Origin: Ptychomitrium polyphyllum
Taxonomy: Eukaryota
DNA: 64,000 bases
NCBI GenBank assembly: GCA_973851085.1
Contig: OZ316775.1
Span: forward strand, 1,550,001 to 1,614,000
Direction: 5' to 3'
This document shows, piece by piece, positions 63,876-64,000 of the stretch; position 1 is the stretch's first letter, and each line of letters begins with the position of its first letter. The notes beneath the pieces were generated by a model. It ran no database searches. It saw nothing but the letters and a program-made list of their open reading frames with translations, and was not told where the DNA came from. Both the position numbers and the translations under genes were made by a program.

Positions 63876-64000
63876 AGCCCTACTGAGGTTCTCAGCACGT
63901 GCTATAACAACTAAACCAATTCGTTTTGAACCAACCGATACTCATGGTTTAAAAATATTATCTGGTGCAGAGAGCTGAAACTTTTGATGAACAATCTTCA

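Noticed and set aside
1..64000. CRISPR arrays, rRNA/tRNA genes, intact LTR elements or prokaryote-like operons
   Set aside because: No repeat-spacer periodicity, no recognisable structural RNA gene, no paired LTRs or long pol ORF; all genes are spliced eukaryotic genes.

Overview
Eukaryotic, intron-rich land-plant DNA, most consistent with a moss (inference from gene families and intron style). GC-moderate gene islands alternate with very AT-rich, CpG-poor blocks (~1-3150, 10850-16560, 22250-24000, 32050-33100, 44300-47150, 54950-56600). I assembled 13 spliced protein-coding genes by hand from GT-AG junctions: a small conserved plant protein, KGD4/MRPS36-like, TMEM70-like, a CYP71-clan P450, a second small plant protein, a TPT-family nucleotide-sugar transporter, an OR23-like F-box/kelch protein, eEF1B, DJ-1D/glyoxalase III, a GT92 glycosyltransferase, 2-hydroxyacyl-CoA lyase/oxalyl-CoA decarboxylase, cytochrome b5 and a malectin-like LRR receptor kinase. 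Three things are not apparent from the ORF track: (1) a heavily decayed piggyBac-type transposase fossil (DDD core plus C-terminal Cys-rich domain) on the minus strand at ~12040-13080; (2) the receptor kinase has HKN in place of the catalytic HRD, so it is a predicted pseudokinase; (3) a frameshifted PPR pseudogene at ~47230-48290. I found no convincing new multi-gene system. All family assignments come from motif recognition, not database searches.
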